A stretch of 55,659 bases of DNA from an uncultured Oscillospiraceae bacterium (lineage in GTDB: Bacteria > Bacillota > Clostridia > Oscillospirales > Ruminococcaceae): contig CAZJRQ010000015.1 of assembly GCA_964548535.1 (NCBI GenBank), forward strand, positions 1 through 55,659, written 5' to 3'. Under the pieces are notes generated by a model. The model saw only the letters and a program-made list of their open reading frames with translations. It made no database searches and was not told the DNA's origin. Every line of letters begins with the position of its first letter. Within the stretch, counting starts at the first letter, position 1. Both the position numbers and the translations under genes were made by a program. Positions 17,736-27,630 of this stretch are shown here, in pieces.

Positions 17736-18527
17736 TTATACACCCATTGTAAAAGTTTCTGGAAGAGTACTTCCGCCGTCAATTACAATTTGAGTACCAG
17801 TGATATAGCTTGATTCATGACAGCTTAAGAAAGCTGCAAGCTCGCCGATTTCTTCAGGGTCGGCAAGTCTTTTCAAAGGTACTGCATTCGCAATTCCCTC
17901 AATTACACTTTCAGGATTTTCAGGGCACGACTGCACTGCCATTCCCTCAACCAAAGGTGTCCTAACATAACCGGGACAAATCGCATTTACGTTGATATTA
18001 TAATCAGCAAGCTCTCGTGCCATTGCCTTTGTAAATCCGACAAGCGCCGCCTTAGTAGTCGCATAAGCAGCCTCGCCAGGGTCGGCAACCATGTCACCAG
18101 TTACAGAACTCATAACAACAATTTTACCTTCACCCTTATCAATCATGTAAGGAGCGACCGCCTTAGTGACATTCCAAACGCCCTTTATATTTACATCAAT
18201 GTGATAATCTCTATCCTCATCACTGGATGATAAAAGATCCCCAAGAACGCAAACTCCTGCATTATTTACAAGCACATCAATTGTTCCATACATCTCAACA
18301 GCTGTCTTCACAAGCCTGTCCACACTTGTTTTATCACTAACATCAGTCATTATGCCAGTTGCCTCATAGCCCTCATCACACAACTGTTTTGCAAGCTGAT
18401 TTACCTTTTCACCTCTTGCTGCAAGAATAAGTTTCGCACCATATTTAGCAAATACTCGAGCAATTCCCTCACCAATACCTTTAGAAGCTCCAGTAATAAT
18501 TGCAACCTTGCCCTCAAGTTTTTTCAT
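17736..18527 (-). CDS. SDR-family short-chain dehydrogenase/reductase
   Basis: TGASKGIG cofactor motif, NNAG, and the catalytic Y-x3-K. Confidence 0.85.
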   Translation of the reverse strand: MKKLEGKVAIITGASKGIGEGIARVFAKYGAKLILAARGEKVNQLAKQLCDEGYEATGIMTDVSDKTSVDRLVKTAVEMYGTIDVLVNNAGVCVLGDLLSSSDEDRDYHIDVNIKGVWNVTKAVAPYMIDKGEGKIVVMSSVTGDMVADPGEAAYATTKAALVGFTKAMARELADYNINVNAICPGYVRTPLVEGMAVQSCPENPESVIEGIANAVPLKRLADPEEIGELAAFLSCHESSYITGTQIVIDGGSTLPETFTMGV

Positions 18528-18550
18528 TAATACTCCTCGCTTTCTGTTAA

Positions 18551-18892
18551 TTACAGTGCATCATTACCACGAATACCAGTACGAATCTGCACTACGTCCT
18601 CTATGTTTCTGATAAAAATCTTACCGTCGCCAAAGCTGCCTGAATTAAGTTCTTCAACCACCTTGTTTACAATCAAATCCACCTTGTCATCCTGAACAAC
18701 AGTCCTAAACGATAGCTTAGGAAGAAGTGTTCCGCCGTTTACCTCATCACGAGTATACACCTGTCTAACACCTCTTTGATGACCGTAACCGCTTAAATAT
18801 GTTACAATCACACCTTGTGCACCGCAATTTGTGAGAATTCGCTGTAAGTTCTCCATTTTTTCAGGCTTTATTATAAATTCAATTTCTTTCAT
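18551..18892 (-). CDS. P-II (GlnB/GlnK-like) signal-transduction protein, atypical T-loop
   Basis: GYGHQRG plus the C-terminal GDGKIFI...IRTG signature. The start was re-placed at ATG 18892, which has a GGTGG ribosome-binding site. Confidence 0.75.
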   Translation of the reverse strand: MKEIEFIIKPEKMENLQRILTNCGAQGVIVTYLSGYGHQRGVRQVYTRDEVNGGTLLPKLSFRTVVQDDKVDLIVNKVVEELNSGSFGDGKIFIRNIEDVVQIRTGIRGNDAL

Positions 18893-18981
18893 ATCTATAA
18901 CCACCTTTCATTGAATTATACATTCTTATTATACAAAGTTACCTATCAATTTTCAAGTGCATTATGTAAATTCTCATCCGC

Positions 18982-20400
18982 CTAAAATTCCTTGTCACCG
19001 TCAGGAGTCTTCATCCAAACCTTTTCCTTAGGCCATTTGAATATATTCATAACAAGCCATAGAATCAATCCGATACCCATATATCCTGCAAAACCAATCC
19101 AAGTTGTAGTTCCTATACCAATAGTACAAAATCCCGCTATTACTATCATAATTACCAGCGACATAATCTTAAGAGGTTTCTTACACTTATATGGACGCTC
19201 CCATTCAGGATGATTTTTATCCACACGCAACGACGAAATTGTTGTAATTACATAGCAAAGTGCGCATGCAAATGCCATTAAATCAAAGAACGATCGAATC
19301 TCCTGCATTGCAAGAAAAGCAACAGATACTACAAGAATTAAAACGCTAGGTAAAACAGGCTGGCTGTATTTGTTTGTTTTTGCAAAAGCCTTTGGAAGAA
19401 AGTTTTGACGACCCATTGCATAAATCATTCTAACACCAGAATACCAAAAACCAAGTACAGAAGTACCAATTGGGAATACAACACCAACAATGCCCATAAC
19501 AAGTACAAACCAAGCTATATTATCACCAAAGCAATATTTTAGAGCGTCGAAAGAAACAAATGGGTGACAGTCACCATTATTCGTAAGCTCAGCCCAAGGC
19601 ATGGCACCAGCCATTGCAAAATAAAATAGTGCATAAATTATTCCGCAAGTTAGAACAGAACCTAGGATAGCTTTTTTCTGATCCTTAATTGGGAAATCTC
19701 CTTCCTCAACCATAGCAGGAACAGTTTCAAATCCAAAATAAGGTGTAATCATAAATGAACATCCAACAACCCATGCAATCGCAGTCTTCAAATCTCCGCC
19801 GTACTTTATATTGTTGCTGCTTGCGAAGAAGTTAGAGAAATTATCAAAGCTCCACTTACCGCTGCAAAAAAACATTATCGAACAAAGAATAATACCGCCG
19901 ATACCAGCAAAAAGCATAAATGTCTGAACCTTACCAGCCACAACATTTTTATAAATACTTAAAATAAACCAAATTACAAGTATAAGTGCACCAAGACCAA
20001 CAGCCTTCCAGCTAACAATGTTAAATCCAAACTGATAGTTAAGCCAGTCAATAATACCCAAAACACCAGCCGCAGGAACAGCAATCCACGCACACATTAT
20101 TAGCCATGCCGACCAAAATCCAGCGTGCTTATTCATTCCAACCGTGTTAAAAACTAAACACGAGCCAGCACTAGGCAGCATAGTTGAAAATTCTGCATAA
20201 ACAAAAGCAGTAGGCAAAATCATGAGAGTCATTAAAATGAATGCTAAGAATGTTGCAGGACCTGTGTAAGACATAAATATGCCGTCCCAATAGCACATAA
20301 ATGTAAATATCGCACCAGTTGCCAAAGCGTATACATAAAGCAATTTCATTGACTTTGATAATGCGTTGTTTTTTTCTGATTTTTTTACGGTAGTTTCCAT
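18982..20400 (-). CDS. APC-superfamily amino acid/amine permease
   Basis: A 12-TM hydrophobic profile of about 470 aa. ATG has an AAGGAGAG ribosome-binding site. Confidence 0.8.
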   Translation of the reverse strand: METTVKKSEKNNALSKSMKLLYVYALATGAIFTFMCYWDGIFMSYTGPATFLAFILMTLMILPTAFVYAEFSTMLPSAGSCLVFNTVGMNKHAGFWSAWLIMCAWIAVPAAGVLGIIDWLNYQFGFNIVSWKAVGLGALILVIWFILSIYKNVVAGKVQTFMLFAGIGGIILCSIMFFCSGKWSFDNFSNFFASSNNIKYGGDLKTAIAWVVGCSFMITPYFGFETVPAMVEEGDFPIKDQKKAILGSVLTCGIIYALFYFAMAGAMPWAELTNNGDCHPFVSFDALKYCFGDNIAWFVLVMGIVGVVFPIGTSVLGFWYSGVRMIYAMGRQNFLPKAFAKTNKYSQPVLPSVLILVVSVAFLAMQEIRSFFDLMAFACALCYVITTISSLRVDKNHPEWERPYKCKKPLKIMSLVIMIVIAGFCTIGIGTTTWIGFAGYMGIGLILWLVMNIFKWPKEKVWMKTPDGDKEF

Positions 20401-20428
20401 AACAATCTCTCCTTTTTGAAAAATATGA

Positions 20429-21421
20429 CTATCCGAAAAGTCTTATATACCTTTCAGCAAGTTCTAAAGTCCCGTCAAGATACCCTTTTGAAAGCTCTGC
20501 AACAGGACCAGACTCCTTGTGGCTTGTAAGCCATGCCATAAGCTGAAGACGTCGCATTAAAATAAATGTATCTATTTCCTCAAAATCCGTATCAGTAAAC
20601 GGCATAACTTTCTTATATCCCTTTAGCCAAGCATTAATCAAATCAGGCACAATTTCCTTATGCTCAATAAAACTAATTGACGAAGCCAAATCATGAAGAT
20701 ACCAGCCAAAACCACAATCATCAAAATCAATAACTTTGATAATATTATTATCAACCAAAATATTCGAAAGCCTTAAATCAGCATGAATAAGTCCCCAGTT
20801 ATTTTGATTTTTACCGTATCGTCTAAGTCTCTTATGAATAATTCTGCCAGCACGCTCTAAAAGCTCTTCAGCCTCAGGCGTCATCTGATCAAAATCCTGC
20901 CAGCGTCCCCAAGCTGCAGTTTTTCCGATTATATTATCAAAAGTCCACTCCATTCGGTCAATAGTCTTTGTACCATTCCAAATAGATGCTTGTCTATGAA
21001 GATAAGCTGTAGTCTCACCCAGCATTTCAAAATCGCCTACGATTTTAACTTGATCGCTCTCATCAGGTTCACTGCCAGCAAGATAATCACATATAACACA
21101 GAAATAGAAATTTCCGTCACTTCCCAAAATTTCCTGAACTGGTCTGCCATCGAATCCTTTTATAGGATTCGCTACAATCAAAGGTGTGTAATCATTAATC
21201 TGACGTAACCAGCCCATTTCAGATTCAAGCTCAGGCAAAGTGTGATATCCAGGTCTGCTCACGCGAAGAACCCCAGCTTTCTCACCACTCTCCTTGTATT
21301 TAACCATGTATGTTGCATTTTCAGAAAGCACTATCATCTCAGCATAAGTTTCACCGTCCCACTGATATTTAGACAAAGCTTGTTGTGCAATACTATCAAA
21401 AAAGTCGTTATCAAAATCCAT
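20429..21421 (-). CDS. APH-family phosphotransferase (homoserine/hydroxylysine/amino-alcohol kinase-like)
   Basis: Brenner motif HADLRLSNILV and IDFDDCGFG. ATG has an AGGAGG ribosome-binding site. Confidence 0.7.
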   Translation of the reverse strand: MDFDNDFFDSIAQQALSKYQWDGETYAEMIVLSENATYMVKYKESGEKAGVLRVSRPGYHTLPELESEMGWLRQINDYTPLIVANPIKGFDGRPVQEILGSDGNFYFCVICDYLAGSEPDESDQVKIVGDFEMLGETTAYLHRQASIWNGTKTIDRMEWTFDNIIGKTAAWGRWQDFDQMTPEAEELLERAGRIIHKRLRRYGKNQNNWGLIHADLRLSNILVDNNIIKVIDFDDCGFGWYLHDLASSISFIEHKEIVPDLINAWLKGYKKVMPFTDTDFEEIDTFILMRRLQLMAWLTSHKESGPVAELSKGYLDGTLELAERYIRLFG

Positions 21422-21510
21422 TTTTAAAACCTCCTAAAACAGAGTAAAGGTGTCTATTCAGAGTGATCCCCTAAATATACGCCCTTGTATATTTTATAAA
21501 ATATTTAATA

Positions 21511-22788
21511 TTAGGCCTGCAAAAGAATATCTTCCTTAGCCTCTTTAATTCCCTTAGCCATTTTCTCAAGAAGTTCATCACAGTATTCCTTAGTAACAAG
21601 AACACCTGGCTTAAACTGAAGAACACTAGGGTCAAGCTGTGAGTAAATTGCCCAAACGCCATTTTCATATAGGTGCTGCATAACAACGACTGCACCGCTC
21701 TTTCCAGCAAACTCAAGACCCATAATCAAACCGTTCTGCCTAATTCCAACAAAAGTATCAGGATTGTCAGACTTAATTTTTTCAAGACCCTCACGAAGAT
21801 ATTTTGAAACAAACTCAACATTCTTAATAGTTTCCTCGCGATTTAAAATTTCAAAAACCTTTAGCGCACAAGCGCATCCAATCTCACTTCCGCCGAATGT
21901 AGCCATATGAGCACTGCCGTCCTGTGTCATCCAGTAAGATGCTTTTTCATTTAGGATTACCGCAGATATAGGATATATTCCGCCGGAAAAACCTTTTGAT
22001 GTAACAATGATATCAGGAGTTACTCCATAAGTTTCAATACACCACATCTTGCCGCTTCTCATAAGTCCAGTTTGGACCTCATCAGCAATGTAAAGTGAGC
22101 CATTCTTTTCACAAATCTCCTTAACCTTAGCAAGATATCCATCCTTCGACATTACAAATCCATAAGTTGCTGGAATTGTTTCCATAAGTACTGCCGCAAT
22201 GTCGTCATTTTCTTCAAAAACCTTTTCCATTGCATCCACGTCATTAAAAGGAACTTTAATGAACTCACCAGGTCTTTCAGCGTGGAATAAATCACAATAT
22301 TTAGGAGCACCAGCCGCAACGGCTAAACCAGTGTGACCGTGATAGCAATTAGTCACGCAAACAATTTTAAGTCTGTTAGTAGCACTTCTAGCACACTTAA
22401 TCGAAAGATCAATAACCTCTCCGCCTGATGAACCGTAAATTACGTGTTTCATTCCCTCAGGTGATGATTTAATTACCTCCTCAGCAAGTTTAGCCTTTAA
22501 CGGTGAAGGAAAATGATGATTACCGATATCAACGCTTTCAGTAGCCTCAATCATAGCATCAATTACTTCTCTGTTTCGATGACCTAGACTGTATGTACCT
22601 CCATTGATATGAACATCCATTAGCTGTTTGCCGTCCATATCCCAAAAATAGTAGCCCTCACGCTTACCTATAACAAGATCAATACCTAAATCAAGCCATT
22701 CTTTAGTTTTTCCGCTGTTCCAATATTCAATTGATTTATCAAAAACCTGCTGTTTTGTAGTGTTCTCAAAAATTTCAGATACCTTCAT
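21511..22788 (-). CDS. class-III PLP-dependent aminotransferase-fold enzyme (possible amino-alcohol-phosphate phospho-lyase)
   Basis: Class-III aminotransferase signature (GGEVIDLSIKCAR, ADEVQTGLMRSGKMW, TSKGFSGG carrying the PLP lysine). Confidence 0.8.
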   Translation of the reverse strand: MKVSEIFENTTKQQVFDKSIEYWNSGKTKEWLDLGIDLVIGKREGYYFWDMDGKQLMDVHINGGTYSLGHRNREVIDAMIEATESVDIGNHHFPSPLKAKLAEEVIKSSPEGMKHVIYGSSGGEVIDLSIKCARSATNRLKIVCVTNCYHGHTGLAVAAGAPKYCDLFHAERPGEFIKVPFNDVDAMEKVFEENDDIAAVLMETIPATYGFVMSKDGYLAKVKEICEKNGSLYIADEVQTGLMRSGKMWCIETYGVTPDIIVTSKGFSGGIYPISAVILNEKASYWMTQDGSAHMATFGGSEIGCACALKVFEILNREETIKNVEFVSKYLREGLEKIKSDNPDTFVGIRQNGLIMGLEFAGKSGAVVVMQHLYENGVWAIYSQLDPSVLQFKPGVLVTKEYCDELLEKMAKGIKEAKEDILLQA

Positions 22789-23013
22789 AATACTCTCTCC
22801 TTAAATATAAATTTCAAGCTATTCCTCGCCATTGAATTATAGCTCAATTAATTTGACACTGTTATTAAAATAAAAAAGAGCCTACAAAAAATCCTTCGAT
22901 TTTTCATAAGCTCCTTTGCTTTCCATGTCTATAATTATATCATCCAAACACATCTCACGCAATACAATATCTTTAGTACATCTATCAAAATCTTTATGTT
23001 AATTTGAATATAC

Positions 23014-24054
23014 TTACTTTTTTACAAGCAGTCTGTAATTTGTGGGAGATATTCCAATGTGTTTTTTAAATATTCCGCTAAAATATCCAGCATTGCAAAA
23101 TGACAATATTTCAGCAATTTCACTAATGCTAATATCAGGATAATGAAGCAAGGTTTTAGCCCTGTCCATCTTTACATCAATAACAAAATCACTAAAACTA
23201 ACACCAGTCATTTCTTTAAAAATATGTGATACATAAGTCTTGTTCAAATACACATCACTAGCAACCGACTCAAGAGTAACCTTGTCATCAACCTGCCGAA
23301 TTACACTTTTTCCGATAGTATATATCGTCTTATTCACATCAATTACGTTGTACTTTTTAAAAAGCACATTGACTTCAGAATAATAATGACAAAGCTCCTC
23401 TTCAATTTCCGGGCGCTCTTTAAGCTCAAAACCAATATCACGAATATAATCACCGCGATAAATAAATTTCTCGAGCCAAGGTTTTTTGCGAACAAAATGC
23501 TTGTAAGACTCAAGCTTGACCTTTTCAATTACCTGCTGACAAACAATAGTATTATCATTCCAATCGCTGTAAATGCTATCGACTATATCATGAACCAGTT
23601 CTAAAACATTGTCACCACCATCAAAAATATGCCTCGCTAGGAGCAACACCTTATCATATATCTTAACATTAAAATAATTATCACATCGCCTGCCAGACAA
23701 TCTCATAAGTGTCTTTCTCAAATCCTTTTCAAGATTATCATAAACAAGATAATCAAAAGCACCAGATAAAAAAGCCTTTCGAACGTCTTGATATTCTGAA
23801 CTATTACTTATAATAACAACCAATGTATCAGGATAATTAGAAATAATCTTCAAAATAAAATCCATCTGCGTGAAAGACTTATGACTTACAACTGCAAGAA
23901 CCACATCAATATCATGATTAATAATTGACTCTTCTAACTGCTCAGGAATCATAGCGCCTAAAAAAACAGTGTTATTAATCTTGTTCCAAAACGAATATTT
24001 TTGGATTTCACTAGAAATTTCGCCAACATCATCAAAAGCCGCAACCTGAATCAC
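23014..24054 (-). CDS. AraC-type HTH regulator with N-terminal degenerate receiver domain (YesN-like)
   Basis: C-terminal AraC HTH (KTYVSHIFKEMTGVSFSDFV ... YFSGIFKK). The N-terminal CheY-like fold has Ala where the phospho-acceptor Asp is expected (DVVLAVV). GTG start follows GAGGTGA. Confidence 0.7.
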   Translation of the reverse strand: MIQVAAFDDVGEISSEIQKYSFWNKINNTVFLGAMIPEQLEESIINHDIDVVLAVVSHKSFTQMDFILKIISNYPDTLVVIISNSSEYQDVRKAFLSGAFDYLVYDNLEKDLRKTLMRLSGRRCDNYFNVKIYDKVLLLARHIFDGGDNVLELVHDIVDSIYSDWNDNTIVCQQVIEKVKLESYKHFVRKKPWLEKFIYRGDYIRDIGFELKERPEIEEELCHYYSEVNVLFKKYNVIDVNKTIYTIGKSVIRQVDDKVTLESVASDVYLNKTYVSHIFKEMTGVSFSDFVIDVKMDRAKTLLHYPDISISEIAEILSFCNAGYFSGIFKKHIGISPTNYRLLVKK

Positions 24055-24263
24055 AAAGCATCACCTCACACAATTTTATATCTAGAGACATTATAAATTA
24101 TACTACCAAAAAAACTTACTTGTCAAGTAAAAATCGGCACAAAAACATAAAGTACGCTAAAACAGTTTGAATATATTCCAACAATGTATCAAACTAGAAA
24201 AACAGCATAAATAATCATGCAAAATTAAACTTCTTAATCTTTTCTTAATCTTAGAAAAACGCG

Positions 24264-24292
24264 TTGACATTGCGATAGATACACTGTATAAT
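24264..24292 (+). promoter_or_regulatory. sigma-70 promoter (TTGACA, 17-nt spacer, TATAAT)
   Basis: Perfect -35 and -10 hexamers about 50 nt upstream of ATG 24343. Confidence 0.5.
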
Positions 24293-24342
24293 ATACAAAG
24301 TCAAAATAAATTATATAATCAAGCTCTAGAGGTGTGAAAATC

Positions 24343-25050
24343 ATGGCTATTTTATCAATTTCTATACTACTACCAATAATAATCGGAATTATTATTTTAA
24401 TTATAAGTATACTAAGAAAACACCATATCAAACCAACACTGCCAGCAGTGTTAATTACAATAGGCGTAACAGCTGTTGCAATTTTAATTTATCAAACAGT
24501 TTTTTATGATGATAATAAAATATTAACTATACAAAACACAAATTATGAAAACTTTACAATCAATGTAAGAAATCACGAAGAAAGTTATGATTATAACTCT
24601 TTGAAGTTCAGCAGTAAACTGACAACGGATGAAATATATAATGAAATCAAAAAACAATATGAAACAGTTTTCTTTGATGATACACTAGATCAAATTGTGA
24701 TAATTGATAACAACGAAATTTATGCAATAAATAACGAAGGCGACTCAAAATTTCTATGGACACAAAGACATCACTATGAATTATCATGCGAGTTTATACA
24801 ACTCTCAAATAGAAACTCAGACACGGCTAATATACCTTTTCCGACAAAAACGGTTGAAAACGGTTTAAATTCCAGTTCAATGCCAACCGATTGTGATTTT
24901 GACGTAATAAAAAAGTATTATCAACACTTCGATGCAGTTGAAATAGGAAACAACACAATCACATTTTCTGACGACCAATATAAGTACAATATTACGGTAA
25001 AGAACAACAAAGTAAACTTACGTTTTAACAACCTCAATTATGATGAATAA
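24343..25050 (+). CDS. hypothetical membrane-anchored protein (two N-terminal TM helices)
   Basis: ATG 24343 follows GAGGTG. The N-terminus is hydrophobic and the rest is Asn/Tyr-rich and extracytoplasmic in character. Confidence 0.5.
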   Translation: MAILSISILLPIIIGIIILIISILRKHHIKPTLPAVLITIGVTAVAILIYQTVFYDDNKILTIQNTNYENFTINVRNHEESYDYNSLKFSSKLTTDEIYNEIKKQYETVFFDDTLDQIVIIDNNEIYAINNEGDSKFLWTQRHHYELSCEFIQLSNRNSDTANIPFPTKTVENGLNSSSMPTDCDFDVIKKYYQHFDAVEIGNNTITFSDDQYKYNITVKNNKVNLRFNNLNYDE

Positions 25051-25090
25051 AAAAGGCGGCTAAGCATAAAACTTAGTCGCCTTAAATTAT
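25050..25090. terminator. bidirectional terminator
   Basis: Stem AAGGCGGCTAAG/CTTAGTCGCCTT with one G-U pair, flanked by A and T runs. Confidence 0.5.
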
Positions 25091-25123
25091 TTAAATATAT
25101 AAAAATCTATGGACAAAACCAAA

Positions 25124-26296
25124 TTAGATTCTTGCAACACCAGTATCTCTAGCAGCCTGAGCAACAGCCTTAGCAACAGCATCAGCTACAGCCTTATCAA
25201 GTGCTGAAGGAATGATGTATTCAGCAGTTAGCTCATCATCCTTAACGAATTCAGCAATAGCCTTAGCAGCAGCAATCTTCATATCGTCATTGATGTCGCT
25301 AGCACGAACATCCAAAGCACCTCTGAAAATTCCTGGGAAAGCCAAAACGTTGTTAATCTGATTTGGGAAGTCACTACGTCCAGTACCGATTACAGCAGCG
25401 CCAGCCTCACGAGCTAGGTCAGGCATAATCTCTGGAGTAGGGTTAGCCATTGGGAATAGAATTGGATTAGGAGCCATGCTCTTAACCATTTCAGGAGTTA
25501 CACAACCAGGAGCCGAAACTCCGATAAATACGTCAGCACCAGCAAGAACCTCTGCAAGTGTACCCTTACGCATTTCCTTATTAGTAATCTCAGCCATCTC
25601 AGCCTTTTCAGCGTTAAGACCATCTCTGCCCTTGTAAATAGCACCAGTACGGTCACAAAGAACAACGTCCTTAAGACCCATTGAAATAAGTAGCTTAATA
25701 ATAGCAATACCAGCAGCGCCAGCACCACTAGTTACAACTCTAATCTCTTCAATCTTCTTGCCAGTTAGCTTAAGAGCGTTAAGCATAGCAGCAAGAGTAA
25801 CAACAGCAGTACCATGCTGGTCATCGTGGAAAATTGGAATATCACAGCATTCCTTAAGTTTTCTTTCAATCTCGAAACATCTAGGAGCAGAAATATCCTC
25901 AAGATTAACTCCGCCGAAGCTTCCAGCCAAAAGCTTAACTGTATTTACAATATCATCAACTTCTTTTGAACGAACACATAGAGGAATAGCATCCACATCA
26001 CCGAATGCCTTGAAAAGTGCACATTTACCTTCCATAACAGGCATACCAGCCTCAGGTCCAATATCGCCAAGACCCAAAACAGCAGTACCGTCAGTTACAA
26101 CAGCAACAAGGTTTGAACGTCTTGTCAACTCATAGCTCTTGTCAACGTCCTTCTGAATTTCAAGACAAGGTTCAGCAACACCAGGTGTATAAGCTAGTGA
26201 CAAGTCATCTCTAGTCTCTAAAGGTGCACGGCAAATTACCTCTATTTTACCTTTCCATTCTTTGTGAAGCTTAAGTGATTCTTTTGCGTAATCCAT
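25124..26296 (-). CDS. maeA: NAD(P)-dependent malic enzyme (short form)
   Basis: Malic-enzyme motifs YTPGVA, FHDDQHGTA and GAGAAG. The start was re-placed at ATG 26296; the track start is TTG. Confidence 0.85.
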   Translation of the reverse strand: MDYAKESLKLHKEWKGKIEVICRAPLETRDDLSLAYTPGVAEPCLEIQKDVDKSYELTRRSNLVAVVTDGTAVLGLGDIGPEAGMPVMEGKCALFKAFGDVDAIPLCVRSKEVDDIVNTVKLLAGSFGGVNLEDISAPRCFEIERKLKECCDIPIFHDDQHGTAVVTLAAMLNALKLTGKKIEEIRVVTSGAGAAGIAIIKLLISMGLKDVVLCDRTGAIYKGRDGLNAEKAEMAEITNKEMRKGTLAEVLAGADVFIGVSAPGCVTPEMVKSMAPNPILFPMANPTPEIMPDLAREAGAAVIGTGRSDFPNQINNVLAFPGIFRGALDVRASDINDDMKIAAAKAIAEFVKDDELTAEYIIPSALDKAVADAVAKAVAQAARDTGVARI

Positions 26297-26366
26297 TAAA
26301 TTCAAGTCCTTTCAAATTAAAATTATGACGACAAATTATATATTTTATATAGATAAAGACAGACAA

Positions 26367-27326
26367 TTAAATTGCCAGCTCGTCAATAACAGCCTTAAGA
26401 GCCTTTGAGCTATGCTGTAGAAGAACCTCTTCCTCAGGAAGAAGTTCAGGAGTAATCTCTCTCTTAATACCATGAGCACCAAGAACGTAAGGAAGACTCA
26501 AGCATACATTTTCAGTACCGTATTTACCATTAGTCAAAGTTGAAATTGTAGAAACAGTACCAGCATCACGAATAATGCTCTCGCAAATTTGCTTAACAGA
26601 AAGTGCAATTGCATAATAAGTAGCGCCCTTGCAAGCGATTACCTGAGCACCAGCAGTTCTAACATCATTTTCAATTTCCTTTGCTTTAGCAGCAACACTA
26701 ACACCGTCCTCAGTACTGAACTCGCTCAATTCCATACCAGCAACACTAACCAAAGACCAAGGAACCATAGCAGTATCACCATGCTCACCAAACACATAAC
26801 CATGTACATTCTGAGTATTTACATCAACATACTCAGCAAGGCAAGAACGCAATCTTGAAGAGTCAAGCATTGTACCAGAACCAATAATTCTTGCAGGATC
26901 AATGCTTGTGCACTGAATAACAGCATATGTAAGTACGTCAACAGGGTTACTAACAATGATATAAACAGCATCAGGAGCAACCTTCTCAACCTGTGGCATA
27001 ACCTCTTTAATAATGTTTACATTAATCTGTGCAAGATCAATTCTGCTCTGACCAGGCTTACGAGCAATTCCTAAAGTAACAATTACAATGTCAGAATCAG
27101 CTGCATCAGCATAATCACCTGAACGAATATCAACTTCTGGACAAAAAGCAATACCCTGACGAATATCCATTGCCTCACCCTTAGCCTTGTCCTTATTGAT
27201 GTCAACAAGTACAAGCTCAGAACAAAGTCCCTCAAGTGTTAAAGTGTATGCAATTGACGCTCCAACATTTCCAGCACCTAAAATTGTAATTTTCTTTCCT
27301 TTTTTGATTGAATTCTTATCCACCAT
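26367..27326 (-). CDS. ldh: L-lactate dehydrogenase
   Basis: GAGNVG Rossmann motif, GEHGDT, and the substrate-binding Arg region (GIARKPGQSRIDL). Confidence 0.85.
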   Translation of the reverse strand: MVDKNSIKKGKKITILGAGNVGASIAYTLTLEGLCSELVLVDINKDKAKGEAMDIRQGIAFCPEVDIRSGDYADAADSDIVIVTLGIARKPGQSRIDLAQINVNIIKEVMPQVEKVAPDAVYIIVSNPVDVLTYAVIQCTSIDPARIIGSGTMLDSSRLRSCLAEYVDVNTQNVHGYVFGEHGDTAMVPWSLVSVAGMELSEFSTEDGVSVAAKAKEIENDVRTAGAQVIACKGATYYAIALSVKQICESIIRDAGTVSTISTLTNGKYGTENVCLSLPYVLGAHGIKREITPELLPEEEVLLQHSSKALKAVIDELAI

Positions 27327-27576
27327 AATTCCTCCTCAATATCATATCACAAGAACACATTTTTTTCAAGTGCATATTTTCTATTTTTTTCAAAATATAT
27401 AGAGAGAAAAACAGTATATATACATTACAAATATTAAAAACATATTCCGCATTGTCTCACATTATATCACTATCGTCAACAGATTTCAAGCTTTTAAAGT
27501 GATATTTAAGTAAAAATAAAGTTAATAAACTGTAAACGTTAACTAATGCGTATATCTCGACACATCATATACAAAT

Positions 27577-27625
27577 AAACGCATAAAAACACACTGATTT
27601 TACATAGAAACCAGTGTGTAAAATA
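27577..27625 (-). terminator. terminator after addA
   Basis: An 8-bp perfect stem ACACACTG/CAGTGTGT followed by UUUUUAUG on the minus strand. Confidence 0.5.
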
Positions 27626-27630
27626 TCAGA

